From: the human T2T-CHM13v2.0 reference genome, Homo sapiens | Assembly (NCBI RefSeq): GCF_009914755.1 | Contig: NC_060940.1 | Length of the DNA stretch: 64,000 nucleotides | Strand: one strand, 5' to 3' | Shown: positions 13,571-26,518 of the stretch, one piece after another | Position numbering within the stretch: the stretch's first letter is position 1 | Layout: each line of letters opens with the position of its first letter | Program-made: the position numbers and the translations under genes | The notes under the pieces: generated by a model | What the model was told of the DNA's origin: nothing | The model's database searches: none | The model's input: the letters and a program-made list of their open reading frames with translations, nothing else

Positions 13571-14456
13571 GCCCGAGTTTGTGTTCTCCGATTCCACACC
13601 CCATGTTCCTTCTACTACAACTTCTGGCTCTGGCTTCTGGACTGTCAGTCATTAGCACTCCCTATCCCTAAGATTTCAGGAATGTTCAGCTGTTGCCTAG
13701 CTTGGAATGGACCATCCTCTGGTCCCACCCATGGGTAAGTCATTGGCTGCAGAGCGCAGACATTTGGCTCCCTTCGGGACATTCCTCCCTCATTTAAAAC
13801 AATGAGGCGGGCAGCAGGGTACTTTGTCCCTTGTGTTAGCTGAAGTTGGAGGATGCTGTGTTGATGGGAAAACGCTGTTACTATTCTTAGACTAGTGGGG
13901 CTCTCACTTATTCATAGCTCCGCACTCGTGGGTGGAATGAGAAGTTATAATAGAGTGCAGGTGCCTCTCATTGTTTTCCGCTACTCACTGGATAGTGTTT
14001 ATTAAAAACGAAATCACAGTGGTGTGTCTGGAGTTGAAGTCTGAACAAATAACCCAAAATGAGGAGTCCCTGGAAGGTGGGCAGGAGGCGACAAACAAAG
14101 AGAAGCAAAAACAAGTTTGAGCTAATTGGGATCAGGCAGTACTTTGCATGTGAGTTCTGAACAGGGAGCTTGGCTGCAAAACGATTATTGTATTTAACTT
14201 CTGTTGGCATCATTCGCATACTTGTATGGGAGATCCAGAATTGGAATTTAACACAGTTTTCCCAGGCCCTTCATGGAATTTGAAAACATGACTCTGAAAG
14301 CATGTGGCTGAAATGAGACTCTTTCACACTGTTTAAAGATGCATGTGCATATGTTGGTGTCCACACATCAACTTAATTTTTTCATGTTCCTTGAAGGAAG
14401 CCCTTCTAGGTCCTTCTGAAAGAAGGGCTGGAGATTTTTATTAAACATTACTTCTA

Positions 14457-14748
14457 GGCTGGGTGCAGTGACTCATCCCTGCAATCCCAGTACTTTGGGA
14501 GGCCAAGGCAGGCAGATCATGAGGTCAGGAGATGGAGACCATCCTGGCCAACATGGTGAAACCCTGTCTCTACTCAAAATACAAAAATTAGCTGGGCGTG
14601 GTAGCAGGCGCCTGTAATCCCAGCTACTCAGGAGGCTGAAAAAGGAGAATCGCTTGAATCAGGGAGTCGGAGTTTTCAGTGAGCCGAGATCGCGCCACTG
14701 CACTCCAGTCTGGTGACAGAGCGAGACAATGTCTCAAAAAAAAAGAAA
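14457..14748 (+). mobile_element. AluS (Sc-like)
   Basis: gatcatgaggtcaggagatggagaccatcctggcc. Confidence 0.95.
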
Positions 14749-14806
14749 GAGTTCTGAATGATGATAGGTGTTGGAATCCACGTTGGTGTGTCTCATGTCA
14801 TTTTTT

Positions 14807-15136
14807 CGGGCAGTTTCTTGACAGACCCATTTTGTGTGTGTGTGTGTGTGTGTGCGCGCGTGCGCACACGCATGAGCCTGTACGTGTCCCCCTCCCCCCC
14901 CACACATATGCACATAAGATAGCATAAGGTAGTTCCTGGCACATGGCGTTGTTCTTAACCATGAGGTGCTCCCAGGCTCCGGGCAGTTCCTTGAAAGACT
15001 CATTGTCTGTGTGGGGGGAGGGGAGGCTGTACACGTCCCCACCCAACACACACACATACACACACATGGGCACATATGATAGCATAAGGCAATTCCTGGC
15101 ACATGGCATTGTTCTGAACTGTGAGGTGCTCCCAGG
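14807..15136. repeat. Two-unit tandem duplication (~170 and ~157 bp) containing microsatellites
   Basis: Units 14807-14976 and 14980-15136 share cgggcagtt..ttga.agac.catt and gatagcataagg..attcctggcacatggc...gaggtgctcccagg. Confidence 0.88.
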
Positions 15137-16619
15137 AGATCTTGTGCTTCCTATCACATGCCCATTCTGCAAGTCCATCCCCTTATTGAGCAGATGTTTA
15201 CCGCAGAGCACTAAGACAGATGGAACGTCACCGTTGCCCATAGCACTCATGGACAGCATGGGGTCCCCTGTAGCAGATATTTGTGGTGTATGCTCGAAGA
15301 GGGGCTGCAGGTAGAACTAGAAAGGTAGGTAAGTTGGGCAGATGGCGAGAGACATCACAGCCCTCACTCCTGAGGGTGGGGAGCCATCTCAGGCTCAGGA
15401 GAAGAAGAGTGACAGAGTCACCAACTCACTCCATCAAATGTGGCTGTATTTTTAGAAGTGTCTGGTTCCTGAAATACCTCAATTCCTTTTGCCTGCCTGG
15501 CTCCTCTCCTCTCTTCTGCCTGTTCATTGAACTGAAAGATTATCAGGACTGTATTCAGCCCGGCCAATAATATCACAAAACAAAAATATCTTGTGGGTTT
15601 GAAATTTATGAGTGTTTTGACTGTTCACAGCAATGCCTTTGAGAATCACAGTGTGTCATCCCCTCCCCACCCCCACGAACATGTAGTTTTTGGGCAACTT
15701 TTCGATGAGTAAAACAGGGCCTGACTTTTACCCCAAAGTGATGTTCTTTTGTGGCTTGTCTACTCCAAGAACTGAGATACCCAGACTCATTTCTCATCTC
15801 TTGTTGAAACAGAGAAGTCACTGTAGCGCCCTCCGGGGGGTGGGGTATCAAGGGAGAGTATGGGCTTTGAAACTGCTCATCCCGTCTACAACCTTGGAGG
15901 GCATGGTGTTTCACTCCCCCACCTCTCCCCACAACTTCACCCTGCTCCAATGAGGATGAAAATGTCTTTCTTATAGATGGGACAGGAGCCTTAGTAATAT
16001 GGTGCGAGCAATGGTTCACATAGGGGACAGGTGTTCATTCAATGGTGGGTATTATTATAATAATCATTAGCATCATTGCTAGTGACTTTATTTTTCCTTT
16101 AGCCAATGGAGCAGTGGCTTTTGGCCCACTACTTTCGACTGAATCTATGAGTGAATGTGATCCTCCGTTTTAACCCTGTCTTATTGGATGTTGGTAAACA
16201 GTATATCATGAGCCCCTGTAAGAGCTTGAATCCTTCAAAGACAAGGTCAGTCAGTGGCCATCACTACTCTAAACGTAAGACCCTGTGATGACTGACACTT
16301 ACTAGGTTTTTCATTTATTTATTTTTCTCTGCAGGACACAGCTGTGTGTTCCAAAGATGGTCTTAAACCTATAGGAGTATAACACCATGGCTAGTTCAGA
16401 AAACCTTATTCCAACTTCCAAACTTAGAAGATACTGGGAAGTAAAAGGGAGAGAAGGGAATGCATGGCTTGGGCTAAAAAAATGATTCTGCATTCATCTC
16501 AGAAGGATGTTTTCCAGTCTTTCTCTAGAAACAACTTTTGTGTCTAAGGATTGTGGGTGAACAACAGCAGCACAGGCTACATTGGCTTGGCTCGGTGGTT
16601 GGGATGGTTTGGCTCTTAC

Positions 16620-16835
16620 TGGGCAGTAAGCACAGTGGCTGGGATAGGACCTTGGCATCTCGTGCGAAGCCCCTCTGCCTGGAGTCCTGCCTCTGTGACA
16701 CTTGCTTACTGTGTGACCTGGGTCAACTCATACCTACTGTTCGTCAGTTTTCTCATCTGTAAAATGGGGATTCCAGTGGTTATTATGAGAATTAAATATG
16801 ACGATACATAAATAGCACCTGGAAAAGTGTTTAGG
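16620..16835 (+). mobile_element. MIR
   Basis: tgtgtgacctgggtcaa...tcagttttctcatctgtaaaatgggg. Confidence 0.75.
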
Positions 16836-16933
16836 AAACCTTGACATGATGACCTGTTTAGCAGCAGCAGTGTGTGCCATACTTACCTTTATGGAATGAA
16901 CAGATTTGGAGTGAGGATGGATGTTTAGCTCAC

Positions 16934-17314
16934 TTTATTAGTCTGGTCTCACACTGCTATAAAAAACTGCCCGAGATTGGGAAATTTATAAAGAAAAGAG
17001 GTTTAATTGACTCACAATTCTGCATGGTCGGGGAAGCCTCAGAAAACTTACGATCATGGTGGAAAGGAAGCTAGTGCACCTTACATGGCGGCAGGCAAGA
17101 GGGGCAGGGAGGGAGAGAGAAAGAGGGAGGGAGGAAACCACCACATATAAAACCATCAGATCGCGTAAGAACTCGCTATGTCAAGAATAGAATGGGGGAA
17201 CCACCCCCATCATCCAGTCACCTCCTACCAGGTCTCTCCCCTAACATGTGGGGATTACAGCTTGTATTACAATTCGAGATGAGATTTGGGTGGGGACACA
17301 GCCAAACCATACCA
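16934..17314 (-). mobile_element. THE1D-like solo LTR
   Basis: gaggtttaattgactcaca...gcctcagaaaacttacgatcatgg; TSD CTCAC/CTCAT. Confidence 0.88.
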
Positions 17315-17631
17315 CTCATGGCATCTCGTTTTTACAGAGTATATGTGTTTTCAGATTTTGCATGACATTTTAGGATAAATGTGATGAAAATGAGGAAAAT
17401 TAGGAATGAAGTTTAGGTCAGAAAAGTTTCAGTGATTATTTTTTCAGAATCATTGTTTCTTGGTTTCTAGGGTCCAACATGCCATTGTTCAATGGCTGTA
17501 TTTCAGAGGCTGTATTTTTTTTCCCATCTCTTCCTTCCTACTTAGAAGACAGTGACATTTCCTCTGTGCCTCTCAGGTGTCAATGCCATCCAACAGGAAT
17601 TTGTACAAAGAAAGGGAGGACTTTCTGATGA

Positions 17632-17785
17632 TGTTGTCCAGGACAGTGGCCCCATGTAGCTACTGAGCACTTGAAACGTGACTAGTATGACCAGGGGCTG
17701 GACTTTTAGTTTAATTTTTTGTAATTTAAATAATTTAAGTAGCTGATGTGTCTAGTGGCTGTCGTATTGGAAAGCACAGAGTAGA
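17632..17785. mobile_element. MER3/MER33-like hAT element
   Basis: catgtagctactgagcacttgaaacgtgactagt...ctagtggctgtcgtattgga. Confidence 0.7.
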
Positions 17786-18074
17786 CATTGCAAATACAGA
17801 CGTAGAAAGACACCGTGCCTGCTGCTAAGAGGCCCCTGGTCCTACTGAGTGGTCAGCTGTTTACACTGACAGTCCCAGCGTGGTATAATAAGCATTAACA
17901 CAGAGACATGTACAGGGTGCTGAGAAAGCTAATTTTTGCAATAGTCAAAAAAGACCTCAGGGCAGACTCCCCAGCACAGAGTTCCAAGCCTTTACCTAAA
18001 AAGGTAATCATTTTATAAGTACCTATTATGTGCCAGATACTAGGATAGGCACTTTGCATAGAAACTCACATTTC

Positions 18075-18373
18075 GACTGGGCCTGGTGGCTCACGTCTGT
18101 AATCCCAGCACTTTGGGAGGCCGGGGCAGGCAGATCATGAGGTCAAGAGATCAAGAGCATCCCGGCCAGCATGGTGAAACCCTGTCTGTACAAAAAATAT
18201 AAAAATGAGCTGGGTGTGGTGGCACATACCTGTAGTTCCAACTGCTCAGAATGCTAAGGTAGGAGAATCGCTTGAACCCAGGAGGTGGAAGTTGTAGTGA
18301 GCCAAGATCGCATCACTGCACTCCAGCCTGGGTGACAGAGTGAGACTCCATCTGAAAAAAAAAAAAAAAAAAA
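18075..18373 (+). mobile_element. AluS (Sc-like)
   Basis: gatcatgaggtcaagagatcaagag; A-tail. Confidence 0.95.
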
Positions 18374-19455
18374 GACATTTACATTTTATCTTTACTGTAG
18401 CTATGGCTGCCTATCCCAAGGATGGGAAGTCTGAAGTTCAAACTGGTGATGATCCCCACCCCAAGTCACACAGTTAGCTTTATAGTTAAATCAGGGTGTG
18501 CCTGATTTCCTAGCCATACCAGGCAGCCTATTTCTTGAATAACCTCCCATCCCCTGTGTCTCCTTTGTGGAGCTCTTGGCAATACTCTGGTGATTGGTAA
18601 CCACTGATACGCCGCCAGCAGTCCACGCTTGGGTGGAAGGCAGGTTTCACGTAACTGATTTACCACTTGGTAAAGGAACGAGGTGACAGCAAGACCACAA
18701 ACTAATAAATATGCCGGTATTGACATAATGTCGGACCTCAGTATGATTGATGCATGTGTTGTTGACTGGGATGTCACATGTTCAGGCTGTAATCCTGGTC
18801 TCAGTATGACTGTGAGGACGGGGCCAAGTCATTTCACAATTTGGGTGAGTGTTCCAAGCTTCTCAGAAGAGCGACGCAATAGAAATTCAAGGTATGAAAT
18901 TCAAGGTGTGGTCTCAGAGTCATTTTATCTTACAGCTTCTCTGCTGTGTTTTCTCAGTATGTGAAATGGGAACATCACTTACCATCTACTCACCTCCTGT
19001 TTGAGTTCAAGGGAAGGTTTGCAGATTGGCCTGAAGGAAGACTTCTCTTGAAAAACTCAAACCAAAGAGCACACCGCCGTCCCCAACCCTGAGCCATTTC
19101 TGTCCTTTTCATGGAAAGGGAACTGTGTTCGCCAGCTCGTAAAGCCCCGGCGTCTCCTCCTAGAAGAAACACCCACATTGACCCAGCAGTGTTCATTTTC
19201 CCATAAGGTGGTGCTGGATAGGGATAGGATGTCGCCCCTTGTTCACCCCTTGGCAATAATCTGTTTGATTCACTCCAAATGCTGCTTCTGATCTCCATCT
19301 ATTTCAGGGGATGACCAGTCTGAATAAAACCAATGAGCTTAATCTACTTGTGGAATGTTATAGCCGGAAGGGATTCATAGAGATCACTCTATCGCCTAAA
19401 ATTCTCTCTTCTACATATCTCACTGTTGGAAAACATAAATGTGACTCCAACTTGT

Positions 19456-19743
<288 letters not shown>

Positions 19744-20619
19744 CCCCCTTTCTTCTTTTTTAAAGTGGGGTATTAAGGCTCAGAAAAGAGTGTTTCTGCC
19801 ACTGCAGAGGATTGCTGACATTATTAGTTGCTCACTCTGTCCAAGGCATTGTGCTCAGCTCTTTGTACAGATTGTTTAACCCTCACAAGTCTATGAATAG
19901 AGTATATTACCCACTTCATTTTAAGTAGGAAATTGAAGCTCAGGGAATCGTAGCAGAGGGCCCCAGTTCACACTGCTGATCAGTGATGCGACTGGGATCA
20001 CCACAGCCCATCTGGTTCAGAAGCTTGTTCTCCTAACCAGGATGTGAGAGACATTCTTGTCCTAGGCAGCACGTTGGTGGCAGAGGTGGGATCTAGACTG
20101 AGGCTCTCATTCTGTACCCTCTCTGGCCCCAAGGAAGGAAAGGGGAAGGAGAAGGGCCTTTGGGACTGGGTGGATGTAACACTTTCTGCCACCTCTACTC
20201 TTCCTGCTATAGATTAAAACAGAAGCTCTGAATTGCAGCCACAAATCAATAATGAAAAGCTACCAGACCAAGCCCTTTCTTGTTTAGTGTTGTGTCTTCT
20301 GTGTCAACATCTCTGGAACATAGTCAATGGCAGTACCCAGTAGAAGCCATATGGATACTTTTTCTCAAGTGTTGAAATAAATTAATGGTGTGGCCATGGT
20401 TCTCGTACTTCAGGTCCCTGTGAGCCCCTGGGGTCCTACACAACTTGGGGTAATGCTATGGTCACCTGCATCCCCTCCTCTCCAGCCCTCACCTGGTTTT
20501 CTCTTCTCCTTCCAAGAAAAAACACCCATACCATTCTTAACATCTCTGGAAGCTGGGGGTCAGGAGAGGGAGATCCATAAAGTTCTTGTCTTCCCCGACT
20601 CAAGAAGCTTAAGGGTACA

Positions 20620-21240
20620 TTCACTCACTCATGAATTGACTGGTTTATTCATTCACTGGTTGATTAATTCATTCATTCACTGGTTAATTAATTAATTCAT
20701 GTCATCCTTTGGATGTCTTGCAGAGCTGAGTGCTGAAATAAAATGATAAACAAGTCAAAAACAAAAAGGCCTCTGACTTAACAGGACTTCCGTGATGCGG
20801 GGGAAGAAGACAATAGGCAAGTAAGCAAGTAAATATACAAGATAAATAGAAACTGTGATGAGGGAGTTAAAGAAATTAAACTGGTCCTTGTGGAAGCAAC
20901 TTCGGGGGAGGAGGAAAGACAGGGAAGACCATTTTAAGGAGGTGATGTTTGAACTTAAGAATCAAAAACAGTGCAAGTGCTGCATGGGGGAGAACAGTCT
21001 AGGCAAGGTGAACGGAAGTGCAGGGTCCCTGAGGCAGAAAGGAGCTCAGCCTCTTTGTTAGCTAGAACAAGAAAGGGGCCCGTATGGCTAGCATAGGATG
21101 GGATAGGGGATCGTGGTGGATACCAGCTAGGATTTCACTGTAAAAGAAGAAAGGAAGCCACTGAAGGGCATTAAGCAGGGCAGTGATGTTTTTTAAAGAT
21201 CTGTCTGGCTGCCTTGGGGAGCATGGGTTCAGAGAGCAGC
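20620..21240 (-). mobile_element. L2 3' region
   Basis: (CATT)n tail, ggaggtgatgtttgaact, ggaagccactgaagggcattaagcaggg. Confidence 0.75.
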
Positions 21241-21948
21241 AGCAGAAGTGTGCAGGATGACTTGGACTGTCACCTTGGGGCCAGCCTGCAGACTGGTGTG
21301 GCCGAAGGAGTGCCGTGACTCCTCTGCCACCTCTCCACATTTGGAAGATTGTTTTGCAGCTGCAACCTCAAAACAGAAGCCTCCTAATTACCAGGTAGCT
21401 TTCTAGAGCCAAACAAATGCTGTTGTTTCTGACAGGTAAATCAAGACAGGGAAATGATGACACATTCACCACAACTGAAGTGTTGATGGGGTGTGTTGTG
21501 ACCCCTGGCTTGTTCCAAAGCCTATGTGGGTGGGAATTCTTTAATGTCTGCCTGGAACTGGGCACTCAGCTATAAATAGAGCTATTTTGGAAATTCTGCA
21601 CCTCAATTTCTAAAAAGTTGGAAGGACAGGAAAGGGGAGCTGTGTTTGAGATCTCAGAAATCTGCACCCCACCTTGCTGTCCACCACTGGTATTCCGTCA
21701 GTCTTACTACCCCCTCCCACCTCTAGCCCACCCTCTACCATCCTCACCAGGAAGGAGGCTGCATTCATTTCAAGAACTGCTTTTCTTTTATCAGCTGGCA
21801 TTACTAGGTATAGACATTATGACCCTTTAATGGGCGATGGGTTAATACCTGTTGCTTTTGTGTGCTTCCTATTTAAAACATGTTTATCTATCCCCCACCC
21901 CCACTTTATCCAAAAGTTATTCAGTGTTTTACAAAGACATGAATATTG

Positions 21949-22092
21949 GGCCGGGCTTGGTGGCTCATGCCTCTAATCCTACCTGAAGCAAGAGAATCGC
22001 CTGAACTTGGGAGGTAGAGGATGCAGTGAGCTGAGATGGCACCCCTGCACTCCAGTCTGGGCAACAGAGCGAGGCTCCATCTCAAATAAAAT
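21949..22092 (+). mobile_element. Internally deleted (monomer-length) Alu
   Basis: Left-arm start joined to right-arm end; perfect 16-bp TSD CAAAGACATGAATATT. Confidence 0.9.
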
Positions 22093-22149
22093 TAGTCAGT
22101 CAAAGACATGAATATTTTCTTCTAAGTAGAAGTAATGATGACGATGATG

Positions 22150-22335
22150 GTAGCAGTTATGAGCAGGTAACATGCATTGAACACTTATTTGCTCCATGCA
22201 ATGTTCACAGGTCTTTACATGTAAAAACAACCCTGTAAAATAAATAACATTATTCTCTTCATTCTCCAAGTAAGCTGAGGCAGAGGATTCCAGCACAAGC
22301 AATTTGGTTCCAAAACCTGCCCTTTTAACCTCTAC
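22150..22335 (-). mobile_element. MIR fragment
   Basis: acaaccctgtaaaataaataacattattctcttcatt...gctgaggcagagg. Confidence 0.55.
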
Positions 22336-23991
22336 CAGATTTTGGTGAACTCTCTGTCTTTGGAAGGGTAGGTGGCGGCTGCGGGGAGAAATAGATGAAG
22401 CTGTTACATTTGGCAGCAAATGTAAATCACCACCTTCACTGGCTTTAATTTCCCCCTCCAGCCTTCTCGCCTTGCCATCACCTTCACCCTGTCCTTCCTC
22501 TTCAGGCCACCTATCCCTTCCGATTGACCCCACTGGACTTCTCTGCTCCTGGCTTCTGTCTTCCCTCTAGTGACCGCTGTCTTTACCTTCAGCTGCACGA
22601 GCTTTTTCAAGAACCTTCTTGCTCCCTCTCCATCCTCTCTGTTTTCCTACTTTTCTTTGGCCACTGTTTTTGCCACAGCTTCTAGGATTTCTCTTTCCCA
22701 CAATCTAGGAGAAAGGTAGAGCTCTCTTATGCTGGGGCAACGCTACCAACATTGGTATTCCACAGCATTCCAACGATTCTAAATACTCTCCCAGAGTAGG
22801 GCGGAAAAATCATCCAAACTACTTGGTAATTGAATTCAAGAGTGATGGACCAAAAATTATTAATGCATTCCCTTCCGTCCACCAGCCAAAGAGGATTCCA
22901 TCTTTATTCTCCTCCCAAATGCAGGCTCCATTAACCTTTTACCTTTCTTTCTTTCCGGTCTTTCTTTTCTATATCTTTTTTTTTTTTTTTTTGCATTTTT
23001 CCAATTGTGATCATACTATATATGCAATTTGAGGTATTTCAGACAACATTATTACATCATTACAGAAGTCTCATATGCTGTATTTTATAAATATGTGATG
23101 CAATCAATCATTGATAAGATGTACTGTTATTTTATGTTTCACTAAGAGTGCGAAGAACATTGTTAATTATACAATGATCCAAAAATGTCTTCTCTCTCAG
23201 AATGTATTGTTTTATATCTATTAGAAAGGCTCTTTTGACTTAGGCATAGATTTCTCATACATCAGGCCATTTCTATGCCTGCCTGTGAACACAGGGATTT
23301 TGAATTACAATACTGAATCCTAGTGTGATCTTTCTGAAGTCATTTTAATTATCACTTAAACTCAATATGGAAAGCATCAGCAATGCACCTATATGCACAA
23401 AAATGAGCAGCTATGATCAAGTTATCAGGAAAAACCAAAACAAAACAAAAGCACATCTCCATCATTTATAATGGCCCATCATTTATAATGGCTGCCTGAT
23501 AATTGGAGATACATGCACCAGACTTGACTTAACTGTTCTCTTAGTCATCAGACATTTAGATTTCAACATGCTCCTGTTAAGCTCTCCTTACAGTGTGTGT
23601 GGCACTGTGCAGTTGAATGAAACATGCCATGGCCAGTGGAAACAGGCTTGGGCTGATGGAGAGGGCCTACAGGGCCAGGCCTTGAAGGGGAGGGAAATTG
23701 TTAGCTACACGACCAAGAGACAGAAGAGAGGAAGGAGTTTGTACCCACAACTCAGCTTTATTTTATGTAAGCTCTTTCTGTAAAGGGAAAGTAGCTCTTT
23801 GTACCAAAGCAAGGGCCTCTGAATGAGAGCTGGGAGAGGCCAGAATGGGCCTGTAAGAGGTTGATGTGTATGAGACCTGAAGCCCTATGCCTTTGGGAAG
23901 GAGAGGAAGGACTAATATTTGTGTGGTACAAAGGATGTGCCTGGCATACCCCATATCTTTTACAAAGACATAAATGTCTTCTGAATAAAAG

Positions 23992-24362
23992 TATGATGAT
24001 GATGATCATGGTGATGAAGATGAGGGTGATGATGTTGATGATGATGATGGTGATGGTGATGATGGTAGTATGATAATGCTGATGGTGGTGATGGTGATAG
24101 GAGGGTGATGGTGATGATGATGGTGATAAGATGCTGATGGTGGTGATGATGATGGTGATATGACGCTGATGATGGTGATGACGATGATAATGGTGATGAT
24201 GATGGTGATGACAATGGTGATAATGATGTCGATAATGATGGTGATGCTGGTGCTGTTGGTGATGGTGATGCTGGTGATGATGATAATGATAGTGGTGATA
24301 ATGTTGGTGATGGTGGGATGATGTTGATGTTGATGATAATGATGATGATAGTGATGATGATA
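23992..24362. repeat. Degenerate (TGA/TGG)n trinucleotide tract, ~370 bp
   Basis: Visible directly; generates the poly-His/poly-Met ORFs. Confidence 0.95.
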
Positions 24363-24364
24363 TC

Positions 24365-24625
24365 AACAGATACCATGTACTGAGCACTTACTTTGTACCA
24401 TGCAATGCTTATGGTTTTTTAAATGCATTTACACCAAATTCTTATAACAACCCTATAAGTCAGTGCCATTGCTTTTCCCATGTAACGTGCACATCATTCA
24501 ATCACTCAACCCTTGTCATAGGTAGATACTATTATCCTCCTTTTATAGATGAGGAAACCTTGGCTTAGAAGGGATAAGCTCAAGTTCACAGGCAGAAAAG
24601 AGACAGCCAGTCAAGCCCTGACTCC
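24365..24625 (-). mobile_element. MIR fragments
   Basis: ttttatagatgaggaaaccttggcttaga. Confidence 0.7.
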
Positions 24626-24779
24626 TTTTGTGACCCTGATGAGATTACAGGTCCTCAGTCTCCTCATTGTATCTGAAGACTAAAGAATCAGAAATTTGTG
24701 ACTCCACTTAGTTTTTCTCCACCCAGGAGCCCTCAGGCCGCTGGTGAGTGAAGTTCTTACCCATTAGGGATTATTAATA

Positions 24780-24990
24780 TACTAGATAAGAGTACAGTCT
24801 CTGGAGCTAGGCTTGTGACTTTGAACAAATTATTTTATCTCTCTGAGCTCAGTCTCCTCATCTACAAAGGGGGAATTGATAATAGGAATTGTCGCAAAGA
24901 GCTGTTTTAAAGATTAAATGAGATAATAGATATAAAGCACTTAGAAGAGAGTTTGGCATTTGCTAGGCTCACAGTCAGTGTCAGTGGTTC
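24780..24990 (+). mobile_element. MIR
   Basis: ctctctgagctcagtctcctcatctacaaaggggg...gattaaatgagataa. Confidence 0.75.
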
Positions 24991-26128
24991 CCAATGTTAC
25001 TGTTTTAGCTGCCCCCAGTCAGGTGGTTGATGAGTTGGGGAGCCTGGTGGGCAGTCTGGAAGAGAGCACAGTGACTGCAAGGTCAGCTCCTGACCTTCAT
25101 AATAAGGACTCACATGTGTCGGTCCCAAGGATCCCCAAGGGATACTCATGGTTGAAGGTGTCTATGTGTTCTCCTTGGTGTCCAGCGAATGCCTCTTGAC
25201 AATCTGTGGTCATACTCACAACCTATGACCACATACGAGGAAGCGAGGTGTCCCTTTTGCAGTTGTTCAGAAGGTCCCGTGGGCAGGAGCAGCCAGAGGA
25301 ACATGAAACCAGCTCGTAGGTGGTACTTGTGGCAACAGCAGTTATAGCCAAGGAGAAGTTAAATTCTAAAGACTTGGGCAGTCTCCAGGGAATATACTAA
25401 CTGAGAAATAACATCCATAAAAATAATTCAATACTAGTATGTAAAACTAAAAACAATAACCAAGTGTGACTGGCTGTCTAAGAATTAAGCAAAGTAAGAT
25501 GAAGTGTCTTTTGCTAGCAGGCGCTCTCAGCAAAGGAGATAAGGCTGCAGTAATTCTCTTCCCACCTTCGATGGGCAGGTGCAACCTTTGGCTGCAGAAA
25601 TTCTCACTTCCCAGCAGCAGCTTTGAGCACCCTGCTCTTAATGTTTCTTGGGCAGCAGCAGCTAGGGAAGAAACTCAGTTAAGGCTGTTTGAGGACCCAA
25701 GGTGGTCTCACTCTGCAACACACATCGGCAGCCAGTGGTGTGCTGGTAAATGATTAACAACTGGCTCTCTGAAAAACAAACAAACACATTGTGCACCTAT
25801 ACATGTACACACACAGCTTATTATTTATTATTTCTCTGAAATATGGGTAGCATATAATTTACAAATAAGAAGAAGAATAGTATACACAGTACTGTTTCTT
25901 ATAAATTCGAGATAGTCAGTTTTTACCAAATGCTTCTGATTTTTGCTGCGCTATTATATCCATTACAAAACCATTGTTGCAGTATAAAATTGCAGTATGT
26001 AGCTGTGACATGAATATTGGTTGATATTTTCATTTTTATTAAGAAGTAAGGCAAAAACAAAATAAGACATATGTCAGAACTTCACTTATCCTTCTTTGCT
26101 GAATTGTATAATGGTTTTAAAATACTAA

Positions 26129-26518
<390 letters not shown>

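Noticed and set aside
14807-15136. Repeat-spacer-repeat pattern suggestive of CRISPR
   Set aside because: Only two long diverged units in primate DNA, the apparent spacer is part of the unit, and there are no cas genes
15821-15842. CTCF-like tagcgccctccggggg
   Set aside because: Mismatches at two high-information core positions
23758-24387. 209-aa His-rich ORF and overlapping Met/Ser-rich ORFs
   Set aside because: Translations of the (TGA/TGG)n simple repeat; no splice or promoter context
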